IMG/VR virus record: IMGVR_UViG_3300035099_000047
Location: 96,001-160,000 of that record
Reading direction: 5' to 3' (one strand)
DNA length: 64,000 bases
Source: a virus
The notes under the pieces are model-generated. The model made no database searches, was not told the DNA's origin, and saw only the letters and a list, made by a program, of their open reading frames with translations. Position numbers and translations under genes: made by a program. How positions within the stretch are numbered: position 1 is the stretch's first letter; every line of letters begins with the position of its first letter. Shown here piece by piece: positions 19,173 to 28,176 of this stretch.

Positions 19173-19400
19173 TCGCAGGTTGATGGTTGAGCAGCTCACC
19201 TAACGCTATTATACAAGGCATCGGTGATTCAGTGCCCAGATTAGTTTTAAGGGGAGGTGAACTGGCCAACCTGCGAGTAAATGCCAATCCACCTCCCCTT
19301 CAATTGGGTCATGTCTACTTTCCCACCCCTAACCGGGGACTGCCGTTGCCCGGGTTTGGAAGTGTAACCGATCCCAACCTGCGAGCAAGCCACAACCCCT
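19173..19400 (-). other. Structured intergenic region downstream of the major capsid gene
   Basis: 18-bp stem at 19249-19300; 12-nt direct repeat at 19266-19277 and 19374-19385; inverted 10-nt copy at 19173-19182; TATAAT on the minus strand at 19208-19213. Confidence 0.55.
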
Positions 19401-20840
19401 TTACACTAAGGTCCCAACAGCGTAGAACCTGTTGTTGATGACTTTTTGTGCTGAACGTGTCAAAAGTCCACGGCGGCTCACAAAGTCATCCAACGTGATG
19501 GTGGGCGTGCTGATCAATCCCTGATACACAGCATGCACATAGCCAGTATCCAGGAAGTTGCCTCCCTTGCCACCCATCAGCCACTCATTGGTTGGATACG
19601 CCGAATCCTTGTAAACCTCCCAATCTCCAAGGGTTCCAACCTTCCTAATACCTGCCACCCCACTCACAGGCGGACTCTTAACAAACGCAGGCACCAAGGT
19701 CTCGACGATGTTGGCCACATTCATGCCCACCACCAACCAGGAACCTTGCATCCGCTGAGTCTGTTGGAAAATCGTGTTCGACGTTTCAGTAAAAGCGTCG
19801 ATCAAGATTTCCTTGTGGTCCTTATAGCTGACACCAACCGGCGGAGTCGGATCAAACGTCACTGGGCTGGCTGCATTGTATGCAATAGCCCGCAGGTGCC
19901 GAATGATCTTTTCGTTGATCTCCTGGCTGATACGATTGGTGGCCAGCGTGACCAACTCCGTTTCGGCCACAATGCCGTGGACAGCCAGCAGATCCTGTTC
20001 GGCTTCAAGGCTCCACCTGAACCTTAGTTTATTCGGCCTAGTGACTACCGGGCTGGAGGTCAGCTGGATCTCCAATTCCGGAATCAAGTCACTTGCCTCC
20101 ATGTCATACTCATAGGTGGCTGTAACAGCGTCGCTATCACTATGACCTGCCGTGAATACCACAGCGTAAACACCTGTGGCATAGTTGACAGTATTGGTGT
20201 AAGTGGCATCTGGTGTGCCTACATTACCAATCAAATTCCCGTTGCCATCATCCGTGATGTGATAGGTTCCATCGGTGATATCCACTGTGCCTGGCCTTAC
20301 TGGGTAATAACTCAGTGTACCCTTAATTTTGTCGGTGCTAGTAACACCCAGAGCCTCATTCTCCACCACCTCATCAGTGTAGTGGTAACTGCGCTCCGGG
20401 CCAGCCTGGGCATCATAGATCTTAGTGCCCTTGGTGAGTGTACCCTTAGTACGGCCAGCCACGGCGTCCATGTAAAAGACTAGGCCGGTCGGGGCAGGCA
20501 GGGGCTGCACGCTGACCAAATCGGCAGCCACCAGGTTAGCAAACACCATGCGGATGATGGGGAACACGTATTTTTCATACGTACCCACTTGCAAGGTGCG
20601 GGTGGCTTCATCCAATCGGTCATAGTACCGCTTGGCATTTTCCAACAGAGTGGCCACCAATGCCCGACGATACGGGTCCTCAATACCTTCCATGAAGTTG
20701 ATGGAGCCTTCCTTGCCCCAATGACGCAGCCGATTGGCGGGCATATTGCCCCAGCTCTCGGCCAACACCTGTCCTCGATTCAACATGTCCTCCCAAGTTT
20801 CGTACATCGAGGACTCTTCAATTGCATGTCGATTACCCAT
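19401..20840 (-). CDS. Major capsid protein (T4 gp23-like)
   Basis: ATLLEN...FPIIRMVFANLVAADLVSVQPLPAPTGLVFY...KLRFRWSLEAEQDL...EINEKII; GGAG SD before ATG 20840. Confidence 0.97.
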   Translation of the reverse strand: MGNRHAIEESSMYETWEDMLNRGQVLAESWGNMPANRLRHWGKEGSINFMEGIEDPYRRALVATLLENAKRYYDRLDEATRTLQVGTYEKYVFPIIRMVFANLVAADLVSVQPLPAPTGLVFYMDAVAGRTKGTLTKGTKIYDAQAGPERSYHYTDEVVENEALGVTSTDKIKGTLSYYPVRPGTVDITDGTYHITDDGNGNLIGNVGTPDATYTNTVNYATGVYAVVFTAGHSDSDAVTATYEYDMEASDLIPELEIQLTSSPVVTRPNKLRFRWSLEAEQDLLAVHGIVAETELVTLATNRISQEINEKIIRHLRAIAYNAASPVTFDPTPPVGVSYKDHKEILIDAFTETSNTIFQQTQRMQGSWLVVGMNVANIVETLVPAFVKSPPVSGVAGIRKVGTLGDWEVYKDSAYPTNEWLMGGKGGNFLDTGYVHAVYQGLISTPTITLDDFVSRRGLLTRSAQKVINNRFYAVGTLV

Positions 20841-20922
20841 GACTAAGATCTCCAACGAACGGTGCAGTTGATACCATGAGAGTTCGGTCAACGCAACCGA
20901 ACCCCGACCCAGAAAGAGCCCG

Positions 20923-22485
20923 TTACTTGACTTTTCTAACCAGGCTCTCCATCAAATTGGTCGGCTTGGCAACACCCGCACGGGCTGGTCTCGCTGAGGA
21001 GCCTCTGGCTTCAGTCAGCGGGGGCAGGTCGGAGGGGTAGTCCTTGCGACCACTCATAATCGGCTGGATGAAACCTTCAACCAGCTGTTTGACTTGCTTA
21101 ACCGTATGGCACTCACTCAATTGTTTCTCAATGGGCTTGAGAGCAGGGGCGTGGTTCATTAACGACTCCACGTATTGGGCCACCTGTTCACCTCGGTATC
21201 GCTTTACAGTGGCTTCTAACAGCTTCAAGCTGGCCTCAGCCCGCTTAAAAGCTTCAGCCAATTGACCCCTGAGCTGTTTAATAGTGCGCTCGGCCATTCG
21301 CTTGTTGGCCCTGCTCTTGGTCACCAGTGTCTCACCCAACTGAATGGCCACGTGATACCTTTCCTGCAGTGATCGGTCGCGGCGGTAGGCGCGCTCCATC
21401 ACCCGAGCAGCTGCATCATCAGTTGGGGTGATGTCTTCCTTTTTCTCTTTTTCCTTTTTGGCTTTTTCCTCAGCCGCAATGCATTCCTCAGCTTCACGCA
21501 TCCGGCGAATAGCTCGTGTGATTTCTTCTCCACGATTGGTCAGCTGACCCCGCAAGTGGGCCACATCCGAACTAAACTCACTTTCGGTAATGGAGCCCAA
21601 CCCGGCCAACGTGTCATTGACCTTTTGAGCGTGCTCCAATAGCCCTTCCAATGTGATGTCCTTACCTCCCAGGTATTGACCTGAACTCTCCACAACCACT
21701 CGGGCCCGCGCAGTGCGGTCCGAAGACTCTTTCAATTGAACCGGTGTAGTCATTGTCTTGTTCTCCAAAATGGGTACCAGAAATATCCTCGATCCGTTGT
21801 TGGTTTGTAGGCTTTCCACAGGGCGAGTTGTTGCTCCCATTACGCTTGGGATGTAAACGTGATCAAACGTGTCTAACACATAGTCGCTAGCCTCTACGAT
21901 TTCGTCTCCGTTCTCGTTACGAGTGCTACCAGAACCTCGGCTACTCACCGCAACAGGCACTCCAACGTCAAAATACTCCCTCAAAATTTGACCAGCTGGA
22001 GTATTGAAAATCAGATGGGTCACATAAATCTTACCATCCTTGCGTTGAACATCTTCTACCAAGTGGCTTAGCCCCAAGTTGTTATGTCCGTGCAACTTGG
22101 TGTTGCCACTTTCAGGGTGCTCCAACTCCCCCAACACACTACGTTCCCGCAACCTGCGACGAAAGGTTCCATCCTCAGACAACACCCGATCCCACAAGGT
22201 TGAGGGATAAATGCGGCCATTCTGATTCTTGAGATTTTCCACTTGGCCTGGACCCGTCACCCGCAGCCGTTTGTTATGGCTCAATAGCTCTTGCAGGATC
22301 TGATCCTTGCTACCCCGCCAGTGTTCAATCAGCTGTTCATTTTTCTCCTGCTCCAACAGCCGATTAAATTCCTCCCAACGGGGCATCAACACACTTTCCT
22401 TCAAACCCTCCGAAGTGACCCACTCCTTTTGCCACTGGTCTGGGGGTACTGTCATTGTTTCTATTAGCAATTTTCGTTCAGCCAT
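20923..22485 (-). CDS. Prohead protease (T4 gp21-like) fused to a C-terminal helical scaffold (gp22-like)
   Basis: NQNGRIYP, LGELEHP (His), TPAG, VSSRGSGS (Ser), TFD..PS; about 290 aa of helical C-terminal extension; directly upstream of the capsid gene. Confidence 0.93.
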   Translation of the reverse strand: MAERKLLIETMTVPPDQWQKEWVTSEGLKESVLMPRWEEFNRLLEQEKNEQLIEHWRGSKDQILQELLSHNKRLRVTGPGQVENLKNQNGRIYPSTLWDRVLSEDGTFRRRLRERSVLGELEHPESGNTKLHGHNNLGLSHLVEDVQRKDGKIYVTHLIFNTPAGQILREYFDVGVPVAVSSRGSGSTRNENGDEIVEASDYVLDTFDHVYIPSVMGATTRPVESLQTNNGSRIFLVPILENKTMTTPVQLKESSDRTARARVVVESSGQYLGGKDITLEGLLEHAQKVNDTLAGLGSITESEFSSDVAHLRGQLTNRGEEITRAIRRMREAEECIAAEEKAKKEKEKKEDITPTDDAAARVMERAYRRDRSLQERYHVAIQLGETLVTKSRANKRMAERTIKQLRGQLAEAFKRAEASLKLLEATVKRYRGEQVAQYVESLMNHAPALKPIEKQLSECHTVKQVKQLVEGFIQPIMSGRKDYPSDLPPLTEARGSSARPARAGVAKPTNLMESLVRKVK

Positions 22486-22775
22486 TTGTTATCCTCCGAA
22501 CGAAGGCCCCAACTTGAAGGTCCAGTTGGTTTGTCTACTGTGTAAGTGTGTTTCATCCATATGTGATACTTTTCCAACAGTTTCATCAACAATTCAAACT
22601 TGCCACGAGGTATAAACACCTCTCTGGCTGGCATTTCCGGGTGCACTCCCGTATTACGAATCAGGACACCAGATTTATAATCATGACTGGGCAAGTACAA
22701 TTCCAATCCACCCTCGCGGGCGATCAAATGATGCTCGTTTAACAATTGCTCAGCGGCTTCTTCAAAACAGTTCAT
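22464..22775 (-). CDS. Leader-tagged protein
   Basis: MNCFEEAAEQLLNE. Confidence 0.7.
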   Translation of the reverse strand: MNCFEEAAEQLLNEHHLIAREGGLELYLPSHDYKSGVLIRNTGVHPEMPAREVFIPRGKFELLMKLLEKYHIWMKHTYTVDKPTGPSSWGLRSEDNKWLNENC

Positions 22776-23091
22776 TCGTACCTAGAACCCAGGTGTACTG
22801 ATCCAATGGCCCCACCAAATAACTAGTGTCTTCTGGCAAAGGTTCAATTGAGTAATTGTAACCACTCCTCAAATCAACTCGGATTGCATACGTATTCCAT
22901 ACTCGATCAAGTATCCTGTCAATCACGTGGGGCAACAGCTTCCAACACCTCAGCAGGCAACGGGCCTCATCCAACGTGACCAGGTAAGTATCTCCATTTG
23001 GATAACAAAGGGTCAAATCAACTTCACGAACCCCACGGTAAATGTCAAGGGTACGCAGCTGCGGAATGTACGGTGGAGTTAGCTTGGGCAT
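22762..23091 (-). CDS. Hypothetical protein
   Basis: 109-aa ORF coupled to genes on both sides. Confidence 0.6.
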   Translation of the reverse strand: MPKLTPPYIPQLRTLDIYRGVREVDLTLCYPNGDTYLVTLDEARCLLRCWKLLPHVIDRILDRVWNTYAIRVDLRSGYNYSIEPLPEDTSYLVGPLDQYTWVLGTNELF

Positions 23092-23489
23092 CAGTCTTTC
23101 TTCCCGCCACCAAATATGCGCTTTTTGAGTTCCGCTTTGCTGAGTCCAGGAAACATGTGGCTGATGTGTTCCAACGTTTCTTCCTGCTCTTCCTTGCTAA
23201 ATTCAATACCTTCCAATGGGGGAGTGAGCCATGGTAACGGTACGGTATCCACATCAGCCGTGGTCGTGGCTTCTTGCACACGTTCCAAGCTCTCACTCTT
23301 CCGCTTTTTCCTACGAGATTTATAGCCTTTGCTGCGCATCCACCACGCTAAAGCCCAAGGGTTATCAATTTCCCTGTGCCTTTTCATCCCTTTGACGGTT
23401 CCTTCCCAACCAGGTGGAGCCACCTCCACAATCTGAACACCCTCACCAATCAACCGCTGGGCCACAGCATCAAAATCGGCTTTGTCCAT
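23091..23489 (-). CDS. Leader-tagged basic protein
   Basis: MDKADFDAVAQRLIGE; IVE-VAPPGWEGTVKGMKRHREIDNPWALAWWMRSKG. Confidence 0.75.
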   Translation of the reverse strand: MDKADFDAVAQRLIGEGVQIVEVAPPGWEGTVKGMKRHREIDNPWALAWWMRSKGYKSRRKKRKSESLERVQEATTTADVDTVPLPWLTPPLEGIEFSKEEQEETLEHISHMFPGLSKAELKKRIFGGGKKD

Positions 23490-23493
23490 ACCA

Positions 23494-23766
23494 TCAGCTC
23501 CTCTGGTAAATACCAGTATGGAATGCACCCATGCCACTCTTACCTTTCTGAACAAGAGCCACTGCTTGCTCCAACTCGTCATCCGTCATCATCGACATCG
23601 CAGCGGAGTCAAAACCCTTCGACCTCAAAAACTCAACTGATCGCTTGCGTTGCCGCATAGCAGGAGACAGTTGACCCGGTGCTTGTGGCCCCGAGGCACG
23701 TTGCCCAGGAGGTGAACCTTGACCCTGATTACTAAGTTGATTCACGGCTTCTTCAAAAGATCCCAT
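23494..23766 (-). CDS. Leader-tagged protein
   Basis: MGSFEEAVNQLS. Confidence 0.7.
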   Translation of the reverse strand: MGSFEEAVNQLSNQGQGSPPGQRASGPQAPGQLSPAMRQRKRSVEFLRSKGFDSAAMSMMTDDELEQAVALVQKGKSGMGAFHTGIYQRS

Positions 23767-23809
23767 AAGTCACCTTCACAAACAGTTAGACAGACCCGCA
23801 ACTAACCCC

Positions 23810-24268
23810 TTACCAACCACTCAAGGACCACAGGAACTGTCGAACTTCCTCAGATTTCAACGCCCTATCATGGAGGTCAACCACTATTTTCAAATCCGGT
23901 GTAGCCTGAAGGTAGGGTTTACCATTTTTCAACACCACGTATATCACACCATAATGTTTAAGGTACGTATTAGCGTATTTCTCATCTCTGGTATCCCAAT
24001 AAGTTCGCCTGCCTATCGTCGCCAAGCTCTCTGGATCAGTTACGTGTAAAAACACGTAGGGGCCCTTTTGCCTTTCCACCTTTACCCCGGGCAGAGTGGT
24101 CAAATCCTCTCTAGGAGCACCACGCCTTGGCAATCTTCTCGGCATGTTTTCTGGCTCATCAAGGGCTGGGCTGCTTTCAAATTCATCTTCAAACTCCGCG
24201 GGCTCAGGGGGTTCAAAAAACGGACCTGTTTCTAACAAACGGTCAACAGCTTGTTCAAAAATGTCCAT
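23810..24268 (-). CDS. Leader-tagged protein, paralog of the central domain of 13127..14407
   Basis: MDIFEQAVDRLLE; GPYVFLHVTDPESLATIGRRTYWDTR...IYVVLKNGKP. Confidence 0.8.
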   Translation of the reverse strand: MDIFEQAVDRLLETGPFFEPPEPAEFEDEFESSPALDEPENMPRRLPRRGAPREDLTTLPGVKVERQKGPYVFLHVTDPESLATIGRRTYWDTRDEKYANTYLKHYGVIYVVLKNGKPYLQATPDLKIVVDLHDRALKSEEVRQFLWSLSGW

Positions 24269-24302
24269 GTCTATCTCCTTGGACTAGTTGAGCAAATGGT
24301 AG

Positions 24303-24333
24303 AACCACCTAGCCTGGATCGGGCTAGGTGGTT
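24303..24333. terminator. Perfect 12-bp stem-loop, probable terminator
   Basis: AACCACCTAGCC-7 nt-GGCTAGGTGGTT just after the stop of 24343..24717; the U-tract on the minus strand is weak. Confidence 0.6.
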
Positions 24334-24342
24334 AAAAATTCA

Positions 24343-24717
24343 TTATCGTTTCAAGCTATCACTTTCATCTACCAGCTCAATCTGGCCTTGGGTTTCTCCA
24401 CCCACAGTCACTGCCTGAATGCGTACCAAAGTCTCGAGGCCCTGAATGTAACCACTCAAAACCGCTTGGCTGTGAGCTTTAACCGACGAGACTGTAGCCC
24501 GCGTGGTCCAAGCACCCACTTTAGTGTCTGGGTCCACTGAATACCCATCCAAAGTAATCGTAACCGGGTTTTCCCCAGTGTTGTAAATTAGCCCCTTAAA
24601 CACCCGGGGGCCAACATCCACCTTCAAGTCATAGGCTTTGGCATTGCCTTGATAAATGGTGCTGATACTGGTCCCGGCACTGAAACGAATCGTTCTCGAA
24701 ATCAGAGTCCCCATCAC
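24343..24717 (-). CDS. Beta-rich putative virion (decoration-like) protein
   Basis: 124 aa, beta-strand pattern IYNTGENPVTITLDG; no leader; in the head region. Confidence 0.55.
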   Translation of the reverse strand: MMGTLISRTIRFSAGTSISTIYQGNAKAYDLKVDVGPRVFKGLIYNTGENPVTITLDGYSVDPDTKVGAWTTRATVSSVKAHSQAVLSGYIQGLETLVRIQAVTVGGETQGQIELVDESDSLKR

Positions 24718-24989
24718 AATTCTCCTTCAATTAAAACAGAAACCAACTTGTTTAACATCACCTGATGTTCATACAGGTTAGCTGACTGAGCCACGAGCCC
24801 AGCCAACCGGTGAACTGGCTTGTTACTGTCAGGTTTGATCTGACCCGCTTCATACACACCAATAGCGTTCAACAGTATTCGACCTTCTGGACCCAATTGT
24901 TTGGCATAGCACTTGGCTTCTTGGAGTCCTTTGACACGAACTATCTCCAAAAACTCAGCAATCGTCGGCAATGACTTGAGTTCAACCAT
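24714..24989 (-). CDS. Hypothetical protein
   Basis: 91-aa ORF in operon. Confidence 0.55.
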   Translation of the reverse strand: MVELKSLPTIAEFLEIVRVKGLQEAKCYAKQLGPEGRILLNAIGVYEAGQIKPDSNKPVHRLAGLVAQSANLYEHQVMLNKLVSVLIEGEL

Positions 24990-24992
24990 TTG

Positions 24993-25397
24993 TTAGTGCC
25001 ACCAAACTTTTGCAGTTCCAACTAAGGGGGTGGCCATCTGACACTCTGGAAGAGGGGCAAAACCTACCACGTTGATCCGCACAAACCCCGTGGTCAAGGC
25101 GGTACCCAACCGGAACCCAATGAACACAGACACTTCATCATTGGACATCAATGGGTCCATTGTGGTTACTACCCGGCCCCCAGAAGACAGGCTAATAGGG
25201 CTGTCTGCCCCATAACCAATGATGTAATAACCTTGCCTTTCTTGGCACCCCTCAATGTATACCAACGCATCCTCTTCACTATTGTTCTCCAAGAACAATG
25301 CAACCCCTGGCACAGCTACTTCCCAAGGGCCCATCACTATCCGGTGATCTCCCGTTTCACTGGCCAGGATTATGGAGCGTGTTTGCAAGCCTAACAT
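24993..25397 (-). CDS. Beta-rich putative virion protein
   Basis: 134 aa, LFLENNSEEDALVYIEG; similar architecture to 24343..24717. Confidence 0.5.
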   Translation of the reverse strand: MLGLQTRSIILASETGDHRIVMGPWEVAVPGVALFLENNSEEDALVYIEGCQERQGYYIIGYGADSPISLSSGGRVVTTMDPLMSNDEVSVFIGFRLGTALTTGFVRINVVGFAPLPECQMATPLVGTAKVWWH

Positions 25398-25400
25398 TGA

Positions 25401-25793
25401 TTAGTCCTCTTCATCATCAAAGTAACCAGGTCGGTCCTTAGCCCAAGCCTCAAATGCTTCCCAAGCAGATTGCATTTCTGCTCTGAATTGTTCTTCTAAC
25501 ATAGCCACCATCTCCTCTGGTTTCAACGAATCACTATATTCTGGATTGGTCCAATGTTCAAAGGAACTCTTCAGGCGCTCAAATACAATAAGAGACAGGC
25601 TCTCCTTTTCCATTGGACCACGAGGGTTCAAGCTGTTGTCAGGTCTCCCAAGGTGAACCCTCTTGTATTGAGGAGGCGGATGACCAAACTGCTTATAAAA
25701 ATTATGAAAATGCTTGTAACGAGGATCATCAGGATCCATAAACTTTGCTTCTGCTACTATCTTATTTACAGCCTGTTCAAACCGGTCCATCAC
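25401..25793 (-). CDS. Leader-tagged protein
   Basis: MMDRFEQAVNKIVAE. Confidence 0.75.
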   Translation of the reverse strand: MMDRFEQAVNKIVAEAKFMDPDDPRYKHFHNFYKQFGHPPPQYKRVHLGRPDNSLNPRGPMEKESLSLIVFERLKSSFEHWTNPEYSDSLKPEEMVAMLEEQFRAEMQSAWEAFEAWAKDRPGYFDDEED

Positions 25794-27208
25794 CCAATCT
25801 CCAACAGGCGATCAATCAACTTATTGGCCTCGACCTCTAATGATTCCATTCCCCGCCTGCGCCGAAAGTATGCTGGCACACCTGGACCTTCAGGCTCCTC
25901 TTCCTCCATGCCTTCCGGTTCTTCAGGTTCCTCTCCACCTCCGGGCTCTTCCTCTTCACCTTCCTCAGGCTCTTCTGGTCCGTACTCACCCCAATCCTCT
26001 TCGCCCTCTTCGGGCTCTTCCTCACCCTCTTCAGGCGCAGGGATCTCAGCCCCGAACTCCTCACCTTCTTCGCCTTCTTCCCCCTCTTCACCAGGAGGTG
26101 GACCTTGACCGGGCACACTTACCAATTGACCCCCACCCCCAGGCAGACCGGTAGCCGGATTGATGCCTTGCATACCACCACCGCTCATGCCTCTTCCTCC
26201 ACCGGCCCCGCCTGCAGCAGCCTGGGGTTCACCTGGGGATTGACCGGGCTGACCTGGCTGACCAGGCTGACCCGGTTGAGGCAGTCCCTCTGGCCCGTAG
26301 CCCGGTCCACCCGTACCCAACACATCAATCTCTTGCTCCGTACTCAAAAACACCCAACAACCATCCTCAGGCCTTTGAATAACTTGGGCTCCAGGCATGA
26401 TTTGACGAAAGCTGGCCAACAACCTCCCCGCTTTGTCTTCACCCATGCTGGGGTCAAAGAACACCAGAATGGCATCCAGATCTTGCTCAATTGACGCCGT
26501 CAAATAATAGTCCAACAAGTCCAACACATTGATACGCAATACCAAAGCGTTGAAGAACTCGTCCATAGATGGCCGGTACTTCAATGGTTGATTGTACGCC
26601 GCTGCCGTGGGATCGAGCAATCCAACCCCTTCTTGCATACGGGCTGTACCTTTTATCAGCCGGTCCACTAATTGTTCCACTGTAGGTGAAACACGGTTGA
26701 TACGAGCAATCAAATAATCCAACGCTTGGTCAAAAGCTAGCCTCGAAGCTCGTGTCACATCGTCCAAAGCTATACCATACCATTTATGAATCGCCCTTTT
26801 AGCCTTTGCCCAATCCACTCCATAACTCTTTTCCCCAGTGAGCACAGCAACCTGTGCTTTCAAAGTCTCCAATTCTTCTGGATCCAATGCAACCCTTTTT
26901 TGCAAACTTTCTACTGGGCTACCACGCTCCACCGGTCGTGGAGGACTGGGATTAACTTGTTCTGGGGCTGGACGGGCTTCAGGCGGACGGCTTTCGTCTG
27001 GAGGGCTTTGCTTAGCTTGTTTAGCTTGCAACAGCTTTTCCTTGACCCGATGAGCCAAATCACTTTTCAAAAAGTCCTCAGCTGGTTGCAACCGACTCAA
27101 CCGGTCCCGGCTCACAATAGCTGCTCGTTCCGGTCCCTCATCCCGCATGGGTGTGGGATCCGGTACCGGGGCCTCAGACAACAGGTGTTCGATGAGCTGG
27201 TTAATCAC
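25790..27208 (-). CDS. Acidic low-complexity prohead-core-like protein
   Basis: MINQLIEHLLSE; (GQP)n and E/G/P-rich tracts; C-terminal MESLEVEANKLIDRLLE. Confidence 0.7.
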   Translation of the reverse strand: MINQLIEHLLSEAPVPDPTPMRDEGPERAAIVSRDRLSRLQPAEDFLKSDLAHRVKEKLLQAKQAKQSPPDESRPPEARPAPEQVNPSPPRPVERGSPVESLQKRVALDPEELETLKAQVAVLTGEKSYGVDWAKAKRAIHKWYGIALDDVTRASRLAFDQALDYLIARINRVSPTVEQLVDRLIKGTARMQEGVGLLDPTAAAYNQPLKYRPSMDEFFNALVLRINVLDLLDYYLTASIEQDLDAILVFFDPSMGEDKAGRLLASFRQIMPGAQVIQRPEDGCWVFLSTEQEIDVLGTGGPGYGPEGLPQPGQPGQPGQPGQSPGEPQAAAGGAGGGRGMSGGGMQGINPATGLPGGGGQLVSVPGQGPPPGEEGEEGEEGEEFGAEIPAPEEGEEEPEEGEEDWGEYGPEEPEEGEEEEPGGGEEPEEPEGMEEEEPEGPGVPAYFRRRRGMESLEVEANKLIDRLLEIG

Positions 27209-27214
27209 AGCACC

Positions 27215-27658
27215 TTAATCCTTCCAAGGTTCTTCTTCATACAGATCAACATTAAGCAATTTCATCAATCTGGAGATCTTACCATAGTCTTTTGGTGAGT
27301 AGTAAAAAGTGTGCATACCATGAGAATACTCATATTTGTAACCCACATGATTGATCTGAAATGCCGTAGCTATCATTTGGGCATTCTTGCTACTTCCCAC
27401 TCCGACATAACCCGGATCCAAAGCAAACCTCTTAGGCAACTTGTCTGGAGTTGGTTCAGTCTCTGGCTCGTCAAGAGCTGGGTTGCTTTCAAATTCATCT
27501 TCAAACTCCGCGGGTTCAGGAGGTAACGACCTCAAAGGTTGGTCTGGATCACGCCCAGGATAGCGCTTTCCTCCACTACCCCAACCCTCCATCTGTTCAT
27601 CTATTGATTCATCCAATAGATGATGAAGAACTTTTTCAAACGGTCCCACTGTTACCAC
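27215..27658 (-). CDS. Leader-tagged protein
   Basis: GPFEKVLHHLLDE; shares the PEPAEFEDEFESxPALDEPE segment with 23810..24268. Confidence 0.75.
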   Translation of the reverse strand: MVTVGPFEKVLHHLLDESIDEQMEGWGSGGKRYPGRDPDQPLRSLPPEPAEFEDEFESNPALDEPETEPTPDKLPKRFALDPGYVGVGSSKNAQMIATAFQINHVGYKYEYSHGMHTFYYSPKDYGKISRLMKLLNVDLYEEEPWKD

Positions 27659-27882
27659 CCTTGAGATTCAGCTTCCAACCGATCTAACCACTCCTCAGCT
27701 TCGGCTTTGCTTGCAAAAGTAGCATAGCAAAAACCACTTTCTTCCCCAAACACTCCCCAAGCTGCTGTATCAAAATCCCATTCCACGTACATTTCCTCAC
27801 GGTATTTGGGATGGTCTGGATACTTGGGATCCATTGTATATTCAACCAACAGATGCTTTACCTGTTGCTCAAATGGTCCCAT
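27652..27882 (-). CDS. Leader-tagged small protein
   Basis: MGPFEQQVKHLLVE. Confidence 0.75.
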   Translation of the reverse strand: MGPFEQQVKHLLVEYTMDPKYPDHPKYREEMYVEWDFDTAAWGVFGEESGFCYATFASKAEAEEWLDRLEAESQGW

Positions 27883-27889
27883 ATCATCA

Positions 27890-28174
27890 CTAATCTGGAA
27901 AAGCCTTTTTCAACAAATCACGCTGGTGCTCTTTGGGCAACTCTCGGAAGAATTCCAAAGACTGATTTATGTAAGGGTTGGCCGATCGATATCTCCCTTT
28001 CATTACGATTTCCAAAACAAATGCTCTTTCATTCAAGGCCGAAGTTAAAGCACTAGAAGTACGGTCATAATAGGCCCAAACTCTTTTCAAAGACTCAACA
28101 ACCCATTCTTCCCAACCCATGATAGGATTGTTCCAAATGCTGAGATTTTCGACAGCTTCTTGAAACAAACCCAC
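27890..28174 (-). CDS. Leader-tagged ELP/AFP-family protein
   Basis: GLFQEAVENL; FFRELPKEHQRDLLKKAFP. Confidence 0.75.
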   Translation of the reverse strand: MGLFQEAVENLSIWNNPIMGWEEWVVESLKRVWAYYDRTSSALTSALNERAFVLEIVMKGRYRSANPYINQSLEFFRELPKEHQRDLLKKAFPD

Positions 28175-28176
28175 CT

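Noticed and set aside
24151-27523. Template/variable repeat pair of a diversity-generating retroelement
   Set aside because: Mismatches are not adenine-specific, the repeats are mid-gene, and no reverse transcriptase is present.
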